This document shows, one piece after another, positions 38,870-50,174 of a stretch of DNA of 64,000 nt (position 1 is its first letter; each line of letters starts with the position of its first letter). A program made the position numbers and the translations under genes. The notes under the pieces are model-generated. The model ran no database searches. It saw only the letters and a list, made by a program, of their open reading frames with translations, and was not told where the DNA came from. This DNA comes from Tricharina praecox (taxonomy: Eukaryota), in NCBI RefSeq assembly GCF_024521635.1, contig NW_026250428.1, forward strand, positions 62,001-126,000. Direction: 5' to 3'.

Positions 38870-39610
38870 GGTCCGAATTCAGTCAAGAAACATTCGACCA
38901 AGCTGCGTGAGATGTATACCCCCACGGCCCCGCCACTTCCGCCGCAGGTATTCATTCAAGCCGAAACGGAGACTCACCATGTTCCCTCACATTTGGTGAT
39001 CACCGCCTATCGCGGGAAGATCTGGTCAGCATCAAACCCCACCTAGGAGACTCGAGAGCTTACTACTCCCTGCTCCCTGTGAGCATTGATAAAGCATCAA
39101 CATTCCCGCTGACGGACAGCATCACAAAACGTTTCGATGATAGAGCCAGCCATCGTCATCGACCCAGATGACACCCAGATACTCAGCAGCTGCTCCTCGC
39201 GACAGGTAGGAAACCTACCAGCAGTGACTACTAATGTAGTATCAAATAGAGAAGGATAGATTACCTAATAATGCTGTGTTATTCCACAGTCTCCGAAACA
39301 GCGGTCCTCTATATACACGGTTTCTCTCGTTCTCATACATGATGTTAACTCTCGAAGACCATCGATATACCGAATACTCGGCCGGCCGAAGACGATGCTC
39401 GCTGATATATCGTCAGTCAGCATTTCCGCGGCCGCCGTATACATGGCGGACATCTAACTCTGACATGTAGCAGTTGCGGGCTGCAGCGAACGGTCGTCCT
39501 TCTGAACTACTGTACCACCGTCGGGCCTCATGGACACGCGACCGCCGAAGATCAAGATAATATCGACCATAGCGTACAGGTTGGCGTTGGATACTGCGTT
39601 CATGAGGATA
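38870..39610 (-). pseudogene. HNH endonuclease-family gene, core deleted
   Basis: Reads NAVSNANLYAMVDIILIFGG...VQKDDRSLQP, then IETFCDAVRQREC*CFI, then VGFDADQIFPR joined to *AVIT and the C-terminal segment. Confidence 0.8.
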
Positions 39611-39951
39611 ACAGCATTCTCCTTACGACAGTCGCCTTATTGATGATCGAACATGGTGTCTGTGAAAATTTTAGCAACATACCTATTTGGGCGACGTATG
39701 TGCACGTGCACGTGTTTCTCAGACTTGGTTTTGCGATTGAGCCTTGCCACCGCGAACGAGACCCAACGTCTCCTACCACCCACAGATGCTTCGGCCGCAC
39801 ACTGGCTCCCACTATAAAGCCGTGGGGAATTCCACCTTTCCTTTCCCTTTCTTCCACATACAACGCGCTCAGAAACAACTCTCTCGGCCATTTGTAACCA
39901 CCATCTTTCCAACCACCAAACTACCATCAGCAACTTTCCTCTCCCCACACC

Positions 39952-40987
39952 ATGCCATCAAATTCTCAGCCTCCTCGCCTCACATGGTGAGTATCTCCGT
40001 TATATACTATCCTTGTAAACGTTTACTAATAAACCACAGGAGGCAGTACAACGAGTACCAGCGGCTCCTGCGGGAGGCCCAGGCTCCGCCGGTGTGCTCG
40101 CACTGTGACTCGCTCTGTAAGCAGTGCACCGACCTCCAAGCTCGTTGCGTCCAGCTGGAGGGGCAGCTCGCCGACGCCACCCGGCCGGCAGCTGTCGAAA
40201 ACGGTAGCACAGACGCGGAGAGTCGCCAGGAGTCGCCGGGTACTCCAAATCACGAGCGCCCGGGGCGTATGTAGGTTTCTCACCACCAGATGAGCATCGG
40301 ACGAACACTGACACGGGATCAAGTCGTCGTAAAGCCGCGAGGGCAGCTGCGCGTGCTGCCGCCGCCGCCAACATCGCCGCCCAAGAAGCTGACGCTGCGC
40401 TTGACAACGACGCGGGTGTCCTTTTTGTCTCTGACAATAATGGGCACGTCGTGGTCGAGTCGGGCAGCTCTGCTCCCACAATTTCCTTGCTGGATCCGAT
40501 CGTATCACCACCTGCTGCTTTGTCCAGGAGAAGCTGTCTTGCCCTGCGGCGGATGCTGATCGTCTGGCCAGCGCTCCTGGTGGCTGCGGTGCTCCTGTTC
40601 GGGATTATCTTGTCTCTTCCAGCGGCGACTGCAGCTCGTCAAGCCCTATGCCCGTTCGTGTGCCCACTCTCATCACTGAGCCCCACGGCGGCGTTTGGAC
40701 ACTACGGACGATACGACGCACTGAGATGGTCGTCGGCAAAGCTCGACACGGCAACACACTGTTTGCCAGCATTGCCGTGGCCCGTCAGCAACAAGAGCGA
40801 GCATTCCCGGGCAGTGACGGCGGATGGCCTCCGGCTACCAGTGACCCAGGCATCAGAGATGGTTCACGTCATAACCTCGTTGCCTCTACGCGGCGCCAAT
40901 TCCTGGGCGACCCAGCTGCCTCCAGAAACCCGTTTCTATGGTACTGCGTTGCTGGGCGTGCTGATAGCGGGCGTTATCGGCGCATAG
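39952..40987 (+). CDS. Family C protein, 3 exons (39952-39986, 40040-40270, 40324-40987), 309 aa
   Basis: Introns GTGAGT..TACTAAT..CACAG and GTAGGT..ACTGAC..CAAG; spliced length 930 nt, in frame. Protein: MPSNSQPPRLTWRQYNEYQRLLREA..CSHC..CKQC.., internal hydrophobic helix, C-tail TALLGVLIAGVIGA. TATAAA at ~39813. Confidence 0.8.
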
Positions 40988-41402
40988 ATGCGGCCGGGTG
41001 GGGAGGGGGGATGGGCGGACGAGCGAGAGGACGCGGAAGCGAACGAGAAAAAAAAAGAGGAACAGAACGAGAACGAGGGGAGGAAGAGAACGAGGACGAG
41101 GACCATGACGAGGACGAGGACGCGAAGATCAATTTTCGGATTACCGTTAACCCATCACAAAGGAGACATCAATACCTTCACCTCGCCAGGAGCCAGCCCG
41201 CATAGACATCCACAAAACATACTCACACAGAAGAACTCCGCTTTTCCTTCCAACGGTCATCTTTCCTACTGTCCGATTATCCACCAGCATAAGGTTCAGT
41301 AGCTGATACCAGCACAGGAAAATGCCACCCATTTTACGACCCTGGGTGATATACCAATCTAACTGCCGATCCACCCGCGTATCCTGATGCCTCCAAGCGT
41401 TC

Positions 41403-42308
41403 TTAACGATCACGAGGCCGCGCCTGCGGAAGCCCTGCCAGAACCTTCACAAACTCCACCCTCTGCGTTTCATCCGACAATCGATATTCCTTACTTGCAG
41501 TAATCCACAAGAACCCATCTGGACCACTCGGCTTCCCAGCCTTCTTAACATCATTCTTTTCCAGGGCTTCCATTAGCGGTCTCGCCAGCGTAGCCCTGGC
41601 CAACACCGCGCTCCCGCCCAGCACCGACACGACCCAGATCTCGGACTCGTACTTCTCCCCGGGGACGATAAAGTCCATGGCAAGTGACAGCACGAACGCC
41701 GCCTCCTCGGCCAGATCCCGTTTCCGGTGGCGCGGCGTCATCACCCAGACGCGCGAGCTGATAAAACCGCGGGTCTTCCATGAGATCGGCTTGTCTGTCT
41801 TCTCGGAGTAGTTGAGGACGAGCGGGCGGCTGGGCCAGCCGTAGTCGGTGCAGAGGTACCGCAACACGTCTTCGATCAGCTGCACGCATATGAGGTTGCG
41901 CAGCTCCATGGTGTGCGGTGTGCCGTCGGATTCAGCGGCTGAGGCGGAGCGTCGGAAGCTGTTGAGGCCGTGTAAACCATGCGGGAATGGAAGGGAACTG
42001 AATATGGTGGCCGCGGGATCGAGCGAGACGAATTGGTAGGCGGCCCAGGCGATGTTGCGGAGCGATTCCGTGTGGTACCGGTCAAGGAAGGCACTGCTGT
42101 CGGGGTCGTCGCTGTTGAGGATGGCAGAGAGGAGCTCGGGTGCTGGCGTAGTGGTGGGAACGCGAAGCCCGAACTTGACCTTTGCGACGGCTGCAGCGTG
42201 CCGCTTCGCGGTCCAGATGGTGGGTTCGATGCGGATTGTTTGTTCCTCGGGGATGGCATCTTCGTCAAGCTTCTGGCCGTCGTTGGGAGGGGACGGTGAT
42301 CTTTCCAT
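41403..42308 (-). CDS. Family R member 2
   Basis: Intact ORF from ATG 42308 with all family motifs (LIEDVLRYL, GFISSRVW, DLAEEAAF, EYRLSDETQRVEF). Confidence 0.8.
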   Translation of the reverse strand: MERSPSPPNDGQKLDEDAIPEEQTIRIEPTIWTAKRHAAAVAKVKFGLRVPTTTPAPELLSAILNSDDPDSSAFLDRYHTESLRNIAWAAYQFVSLDPAATIFSSLPFPHGLHGLNSFRRSASAAESDGTPHTMELRNLICVQLIEDVLRYLCTDYGWPSRPLVLNYSEKTDKPISWKTRGFISSRVWVMTPRHRKRDLAEEAAFVLSLAMDFIVPGEKYESEIWVVSVLGGSAVLARATLARPLMEALEKNDVKKAGKPSGPDGFLWITASKEYRLSDETQRVEFVKVLAGLPQARPRDR

Positions 42309-42726
42309 CCTCTGTGTGATGGGTGACAGGGGGTGAGTGGATGTTGTCAAGAAAACGGTGACGACTCGAGACGGTGGCTCGCTAGGAGGCTGTGGCTTGG
42401 GTGTGTTGATCGTCGACTGTAGTTCTCACCCCCGTCGGGGCAATGGTTAACGCTCTGAGCGTAAGAACGAGTATGTACTTGTATCGTTGCATGAGACAAG
42501 CAAATTGGAGGAACACTGCAGCAGGCTGCATATGGGTATGACAACAAACAATCTGGTACACACGATTCGCATAACCTCGCGCCGACGACAATCATCGCTT
42601 TTTCATCAGTCTTCATCCTCTCACCGTCTATCACGAACTGCAACCTCCGGGATCTCCTCCGCAGTCCGCAGTCCCGCAATTTTCCTCCCGATCGAACACC
42701 CTCCCCTGCAACCGCCACTCTCACTG

Positions 42727-43737
42727 ATGTCTCACGCGAACGAAAACATCGTTCTCGGTATAGAACGGCCATCACCCGCCGAGGTGAACCGCCTCAACGG
42801 CGAGAAGATCAAGAACATACCATCTCGTGAAAAGCGATCGGATCACTCTCCCCAGCCGACTGTGAACGCCTCACTCCAGACAACCGTTGAGGCCTCCAGC
42901 ATCGCGCATCCCCACAATATCACTCCCGACGAGACAGTCAAAGACTCTCCTCTGCACGATGACCCTGCGAGGACCCGCCTGATCGAGCTCCACCTCTGGG
43001 AAGGCTGCCATCTCTCCGGGATAGGCGCAACAGTCAGCCGGGATCATATTATCCCTACTGGCGGTTTGTCCTACGAACTATTCGAAATCATCCACCTCGT
43101 GTGCCCGTTCGGCATATCCTGCTACTCCGTGTACCTTACCTCTGCACTCCTACACATTTTCCAGTGTGCGTATGCTCCCCTCGACCTGGATCCCATCCCC
43201 GAGAATACGAAACTTCGCCAGTCCCTGTGCGCCAAGCTCACCAGTCTCATCATCCAATACCTATCCCCCATGAACTACGAGGGAATATCCCTTCCCCTTC
43301 AGTTGCGCTTCCACGGCGAGACGACCACGTGGAAGCCGTACGGGTTCGTCGGTTCGAATGTTTGGTGGACGCCGAAACGTCCCTCCACCGATTTCGCCGA
43401 GGAGACGGCGTATGCACTCTCGCTAGCCCAGGAGGCTGGGGACGCGGTGACGGACGAAGCCGATTTCGAGTTCTGGTTGATATCGATACGGCCCAGCGAG
43501 GCAGCTGTGATCAAGACGACAGTGGCGGGGGATCTCCTGGAGCCGCTGGATGTGAAGAGAGTCGAGGAGCTGGGAAGCTTGGGCGGACCCCAGGACAAGC
43601 TAAGGAACGAGGTCACAAAGGTGTTTTGGATGGCGAAACAGAGCGACAGGATTGCGTTTGTGGAGGCGTTGGCTGGCCTCGTGGAAATGGCCAATAAGGA
43701 GTGGCGGGCAGGAAGTCCGATCTTCCGCGCGGCTTAG
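42727..43737 (+). CDS. Family R member 3, divergent from member 2
   Basis: Intact ORF with GFVGSNVW, DFAEETAYALSLAQE and FWLISIR. Start uncertain; ATG 42727 chosen, upstream in-frame ATGs exist. Confidence 0.8.
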   Translation: MSHANENIVLGIERPSPAEVNRLNGEKIKNIPSREKRSDHSPQPTVNASLQTTVEASSIAHPHNITPDETVKDSPLHDDPARTRLIELHLWEGCHLSGIGATVSRDHIIPTGGLSYELFEIIHLVCPFGISCYSVYLTSALLHIFQCAYAPLDLDPIPENTKLRQSLCAKLTSLIIQYLSPMNYEGISLPLQLRFHGETTTWKPYGFVGSNVWWTPKRPSTDFAEETAYALSLAQEAGDAVTDEADFEFWLISIRPSEAAVIKTTVAGDLLEPLDVKRVEELGSLGGPQDKLRNEVTKVFWMAKQSDRIAFVEALAGLVEMANKEWRAGSPIFRAA

Positions 43738-45467
43738 TGGGGGGGTAATTCCGAGGGACATGTGCAGTAGCTTAGAAGGGTGATTTCGGTCGGTAGAGGG
43801 GGAAAGTGGTGAGAAGGTAGGGTGGCGAGTGGTGAGGTGGGTGATCATGCGTGCGTCGTTTTTACTGGGGTTCGGGTGGAGTGTCTGAATATTTGTTTGA
43901 AGACAAATGAAGGATATTGTCTTGAGGCGAATAAGATGCAATTTTGAGACGGATGAAGGAGAATCTACAAGAAGGAAGCGAAAGTAAGATCGTAGGACAG
44001 ATTGTGTTATTCTATCGCTTGAAAATTCCTGTTTGAGCATTTGTAGGTATCCTAGAAACGGGCGGACTACCTATTCAGATAGTAGATACGGACGGATTAA
44101 CGAATGGAGTGGTTTTGGTGTCCAACTGTGAGCGAATCATCGGTGACATATTTCAAATGTATTGACATATTTAGATAGGAGGATTAGTAGGAAGAAAGAG
44201 CTGTTTTATTGCTTGCTTCTTCTTTTTCTTCTCCGGGCTGGTGCCCTTCTATATACCTATTCAGGTTCCAGGATATTCTTGCCATTTGTTGATCGACCCG
44301 CCGGCGAGACCAGACAACAGAGAGCATCTCCGGATACAGTTCGCATGACGGACACAAAACAGCAGAAAACATCTCGTCCACCGGATCTAGTTTTCATGAC
44401 TGAGTCCTTGACTCCTTCAGAACAGTGCTCGATGAAACTTCACGATTATCTAACAGCGGACATGAGGAGGGATCCTTCATGTGCTCCGGAAGCCGTAGTC
44501 TCACAGATAATTTTCAGGTGCCGGCGAACTGCTCACGATATTGTTGCTGTACTGAATTCATGATCGGCTTCTACATACCTCAGCATTTTACAGTGTGATG
44601 GTTTATTATGGGCGGTAGGTAGCACTACTGCTCACGGTATTCGAACTTCGCTAGATCATGAAGCAGAGCTCGAACGGGTTCATCACCGCGCGTAGTAAAT
44701 CTACAGCACGGGAAAAACCCCGCGTGGCCTAGCGGTCACGCACCCGGCGGAGTTAGCTTGGACACCGGTCCTGCTATCGGGGTTTCCAAGCCACCAACCT
44801 GGGGTGGTGAAGGTTTTTGGTTCGAGCCACGGTTCAGCTTTTTGTTTTGTTGAAGCATGATTGCTTTCGAGCTTTGTGGGTGATGGCAGATGATAACGAT
44901 ACGCGGAAGTGAGATGCTGCCTGCACGTTTTGTTTCAAAGCACGGTGGCGGACGACGAGAGGAGCTATAGTACATATCTACGCATTTCGTTCCAATACGC
45001 AGAGGCAGACGGGGAGAAAGAATACCAGCCAGTGTGAACAAGGGCTGAACGCGTAAGGGAATCGGAAACTTGGAATCTTGGAAACTTGGAAATCTTTGGA
45101 ATCTTCGCAAATAGTTATTTTTTTTTATCTATCTATCGAAGAGGGGCTGAAAATTTTGGCTGGGTGCACTCGCACTTACAGTTAGATTACTCATCCTTGC
45201 GTCGGTCATTCTAGCCGATCCTCACCCAGCACACCTAACTCTGCACATCACTCCGCATGGCAGAAGAGGGTGTGCGGCAGCGCAGGGGATGCGAGCTGAA
45301 ATCTTCCTCAGAGTCCAGATCTGCGGGGCACGTTGCGGGGTACCGGTAGTGGGGAAGCCGCACACCGGCGATAGTTGCGATAGATGCGAGCGACGAAGAT
45401 AACTGGTCGCGACGCGATGCGATCGGCGGCGAATGTCATTTGTCTCGCTTGAGGAGAATGGAATGTC

Positions 45468-45610
45468 AGAAGCCCTCCACAGAGACCCTCTCCATTCGAC
45501 ACAGAAGCCCTCCACAGGGACTCTCTCCATTCGACACAGAAGCCCTCTCCACAGAGACCCTCTCCGTTCTCCACCGAAGAGAGAGACTCTCTCCATTCTC
45601 CACAGAGACC
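45468..45610. repeat. ~35-bp tandem repeat agaagccctccacagagaccctctccattcgacac
   Basis: About four units, directly visible. Confidence 0.85.
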
Positions 45611-45853
45611 TTCTACATTCTCCAGTTCCAAACCCTCCCTTCAGTTCCCCACCACTGTCCTTCTCAGCGACGTTGTAGACTCTCAAGGTCAGTGCCAGCC
45701 TGCCCCCGTTCCCAGCGTCTTCTCATCGTCACCACAGCCAGCACGAAGCAGTTAACGTCCCCATCCACTAACATCATCCCATCAGACTTACACCGTCCTC
45801 CCCGCTCGACAGCCACAATTCAGGCCCCTCCCCTCCTTCGGTCCAATGTCGGA

Positions 45854-47053
45854 ATGGAAGCTCCTCCGTTTCCCTCCCGCTCCACCGTCGAAATAGAAAC
45901 CACTCCGTGTCTGCCCCTCAGCAATGTCGAAATTGAATCCCTCCCGCCCCTGCCCCCAAGCAAAGTCGAAATGGAGACCCTTCCGTGTCTCTCCCTCAGG
46001 AATGACACCACTCACATCCTGCCAACCGCGGAAACGCCTCCCAGCCCCACCACGATCGAATCGGAAACCGCTCTGCCTTTCACCTCGAGTCCGCAATGCC
46101 GCAGAAGGCGTCGTTCCACACTTCGCATCGAGCCATACGTCTGGAACAGCAACTATCTGGCCGTGATTGGTGCAATGCTCAGCTTCAATTTCGAAGTCAC
46201 TCCACTCACTCCTCCGCAGGAGCTGATCGATGCCTTCATGAACACCACGTCCCCATACGGCGATTCCTCCACCCCAGGCTCCTTCGCAGCCGAGGTCGAC
46301 GCCCGATTCCCCGGCGTACTTGGATACGTTGCGTGGAACGCTTACGACATCGCGCACCTCAACCCCTCGCCGGAGGAGATATGGATGCGCTAATCGATCT
46401 GTGCAACGCTGATCCATCAGACGCTTCACTGTCTTTGCGGTGACTTATATGAACTTCTGTTGCTCGTGGTCCTCCGGTATCACGACAATGAAGTCAGGTG
46501 GGAGGCCTGCGGACGCATCGGATCGCATGTCTGGCTCTTTGCTCCGCATCGCTGCAGGGCCAACTATGCGGAGGAGACGGCGTATGCGTTGTCCCTGACG
46601 CAGGAATTCATGGAACCGGGCCAGGAGGAGTTTGTTGCTTGTTTGGTGTCCGTGCGCTACGCAAAGGTGACGTTGGTCAGGATCACGGTTGCGAATGAAT
46701 TCCTCGAAGTCCTCGAGCAGAGCAGAGTTCTGAAGGTTGGAGAGGCCATCAAACCTATTGGCGGAGTGCGGATCGAGGTGACGAAGGAGTATCGGATGGC
46801 GATCCAAAAGGATAGGGCGGAGTTCCTTGACATCCTGACCAGCCTTGCGATGGAAGCCGTCAAGATACAGAGAGAACTGGGTCAGATGCCCTGGGCTGCG
46901 TCGTGGCCGGCCAGGGAGGACGAAATATTCGTGGAGAGAGATGCCGGGCCGGCGGGGGAGACGAAGTATTCTTGGAAGCCGAGGTATTGGCGGAAGGAGA
47001 AGCAGAGATGGAAGGAGATGCCGAGCCAGCATGTTAGTCCGCTCGAGACATGA
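45854..47053 (+). pseudogene. Family R member 4 with a single nonsense codon
   Basis: ORFs 45440..46393 and 46460..47053 are in the same frame. MR*SICATLI aligns to LRQSLCAKLT of member 3, so TAA 46391-46393 sits at a Gln position. Confidence 0.8.
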
Positions 47054-47760
47054 ACTCGTGCACACGCACGGACATGGAACGACAAGACGTCGTGTCCGGG
47101 CTCGGTACCGGATTGGAGGAGAGATGGTTTTCCTCGCCTTATTTCTTATGTGCACTCTGCCTGTTGTCTCGGGAAGCCGCATCGGGCCGCTTAATGGCAT
47201 TTGGGTCAGAGAGCGACGTCGAAGCGGGGTGTGCATTCTTTGCTGGGTCCCATTCCATTGAGGATTTAAACAAAAAGAAGAAAAAAAGAAAAAAAAAAGA
47301 CTGACCGTTGGAGAAAATAGAAAAATTACTCGCCCACGATCGGGATTCCGATCAGCATGCGTCTTCGACCCGCCGACCACGAGCCCTGCCGTGTGCACCC
47401 CACACCTGTTCGGCAGGACCCAGCGGTTCTCTTCGCGAAGAATTTGTGATGAGTTGCAATCATTTCTCTTCACTTTTTCCCCGCCCTGATCCTCGGTCTC
47501 CGCAGCTGTGGATCGGAATATGTCTGCGAGTGGAACCCCATGCTGCCCTCTTTCCGCAATGTGGTCTAGATATGTCACTGTTCATTTACGAGCGGTAGTC
47601 ACGGAAACTATACAAAGAGGCGATATTCCTCTGCGAAGCGAGTGTCAGGAAAGAAAGAAGAAAGTACCACCCATCATCTCAACTTTGCACATTATGTAAC
47701 TCCCCCGTTTTTACAACCATTTTTTACACCACCCAGCCCGCAGCCGAAACGGCGCGGCGT

Positions 47761-48363
47761 CTAGTGGACGACGACACGCAGCTTTCCCTCACCACCGAAA
47801 CGCATCTGGCCGCCCGCCCTATGCATACCCTTGTTGCCGCAGTACTTCTTGATCTCGAAGACAGCCCAGGCGATCTTCTTGCAGGTCATGGCGTACTGGT
47901 GGCCGCCGCACAGCGAGACCTCACCGCCCTTGTACTTCTCGAGACGCCGGCACTTGGAGCCGCCGGCGTTGTTCTGGTCGCAGGCGTGCTTGCGGTTCTC
48001 GAGCTTGGGGATTAGCTGGTCGATCTCCTCGAACGTCGGAGACGCGTGAGACGTCTTGCAGTCGACTGGGTTGACCGGGTGGTGCGGCGTCTCAAACGAA
48101 TGCCAGGGCATGGTGGAGTTGCCCTGGTAGGTCAAGTTGCCCTGGGCGTCCTTGTCGGTCAAAAGAAAGGCGGTGTGCTCATAGCCCTGGTTGTCCTGGA
48201 GAGAGCGTGTCTCGGGAAGAGAGTGCTTGACGTCCATATCGCTCTCAACGCCGCCATTGGGAATGCCGGCTCCGATGGCGGCTCCTTCGGCCACGGCACC
48301 GAAGGTCGAGGCGACGGCGAAGGTCGAGACGACAGCGAAAAGGATGCTGGTGTGAAGACGCAT
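47761..48363 (-). CDS. Secreted 6-Cys effector-like protein, paralog of 6651-7256, 200 aa
   Basis: Signal peptide MRLHTSILFAVVSTFAVA; domain CKTSHASPTFEEI..C..GGSKC..YKGGEVSLCG..C..C..RAGG. Confidence 0.85.
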   Translation of the reverse strand: MRLHTSILFAVVSTFAVASTFGAVAEGAAIGAGIPNGGVESDMDVKHSLPETRSLQDNQGYEHTAFLLTDKDAQGNLTYQGNSTMPWHSFETPHHPVNPVDCKTSHASPTFEEIDQLIPKLENRKHACDQNNAGGSKCRRLEKYKGGEVSLCGGHQYAMTCKKIAWAVFEIKKYCGNKGMHRAGGQMRFGGEGKLRVVVH

Positions 48364-48939
48364 TTTGAGCGGTGAGTTGTGGGTTGTCTTGACGAGAGAA
48401 AAGTATGTGCTGAGGAGATGAGGCCACGAGAAGCGGATGGAGAGGAGGACGAGAGGGGGGCGAGTAAAGGAGTAGTAATGGAGGAATCCAGACGGCTAAA
48501 CATGTGAATCAAAAGCATAGGTTACAACCCCTATCTATACCACATTATCTACATTATGTTCATACCCTAATCGTGATTTTGATTTTGTTCCTAGCCTGAT
48601 TATAACTTTCATATCGTTCTTATCCGGATCATGAGGTTTAGCTCTAGTCGGCTGGTGTCAGTGACTGGGCTGCTAGATCGATACTCCACGAGTTTTATAC
48701 CTCACATGAGTTTAGTGGTTGGTTAGGTCACCTAAGAAATCATAGCCGTATGTTCACGAGCTCGAGAGTATATCCCGACGTATATCTACAAAGCAGACAA
48801 TGGGTATTTCTCGAAGCAAATGGTCCTACCATGACATCCCCATCGAAACACGGTAGACTTCATCGAGTCCGCGTATGTATAAGGTTTGGTTTAACTTTCT
48901 GTGAGCTCTTCACGTTCAACCTGATCCTAGGAAGTACTG

Positions 48940-49128
48940 TATAGTGAAGGGGAGGGTAAAAAATACGCTGTGTGGCCGTACCGATACGGAAAAAAGCGTA
49001 TCGATACGGTGCAAATACGTATTTTGACCGTATTTATACGCGCCTTCTGATAAAATACACGAGCGCTATCCCATTTCGCCAAAAACACAGTATTTCGGCC
49101 GTTTTTTTACCCCCCCCCCTTCACTATA
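48940..49128. mobile_element. MITE, ~185 bp, TA-flanked
   Basis: TIR TAGTGAAGGGG(A/G)GGGTAAAAAA at the left and its reverse complement at the right; TA at 48940-41 and 49127-28. Confidence 0.8.
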
Positions 49129-50174
49129 TAGTACGTAATGCTGCAACATTTCCTGTGAGGTTATCAAGGGAGAAACAAAACTCGCCTATTCCACGCTAGC
49201 TTAGCACCGTTGCTTTGCGTCTGGAGAGCTCGGAGATCTCTGTGTGAACATAGAGGTCCCTAGTAGAGCGCTCGCTTTGTCTACCACCATCACTATTTCC
49301 GTAAAAGAAACACCTATCATTATTGCGTCTAGTACATCACACTGTTCTTTATTCAAACATCCCACTATTTCCTTTGTCGGAGTTTCCGTGTGATAAATGA
49401 TGAGCATGCTTCCAGCCAATCGGAACGTTTTGCGTGTATGAGTAAAATCCGTAGCATCTGGCATCAACGATATGAAGCCGAACGATTGTCACAGTTGCCG
49501 TCACATCCACCATGTGTAGTCTGGCAGGCCTCTCGTAAGTGAGCCGGGTGGTACTGTCACGTCGTCGGTGTGTTGTTATTGTCCATCGCTGGGTGGCAAG
49601 CCCACTGGCCGCCTAGGTAGGCCATCTGCTTCCGCGGCGGCCATCGGGTAAAATGATGAATATGGCTATCATATTGCCTTCATATTGTCCATATATCCAC
49701 CCGCATCCATCGTCCCCCGCCCTGGCCAATACTGTACAGAAACCAATAAAACACTCCACGCCCGCCGAGAACTCAGTCTCCGCTGATTATCCAATAATGC
49801 ACACCCGCTTCCTTCCCAGCGTGATCCTTCTCATCCCTGTACAGCAACCACTGAACACTCCAGACCCAGTGATACGCCCTCGACGCCGCTCCCGCAGTGA
49901 TACGCGTATATGAAAGTGCAATAAAAGTCCTCAAGCACCCCCGTAGTTCATCGTGTCTCAAGCCTCACTAGGCGTCCCCAGGTTCTCCGTCGAAACCGAC
50001 CCAACATTGTCAGTACTCTCGCATGAGTGTAAAACTGGGTGAGATCTTCCGTTCGAAAACAAACAAAAGAAGAGAAAAAAAAGAAAGAAAAAAAGATGAA
50101 TTGGACCTCGACTCCTCGCCGCAATCGACCGTCTTACTCCCGCCAAAAACTTCGCAATCCCTGATTGCCGTAGT

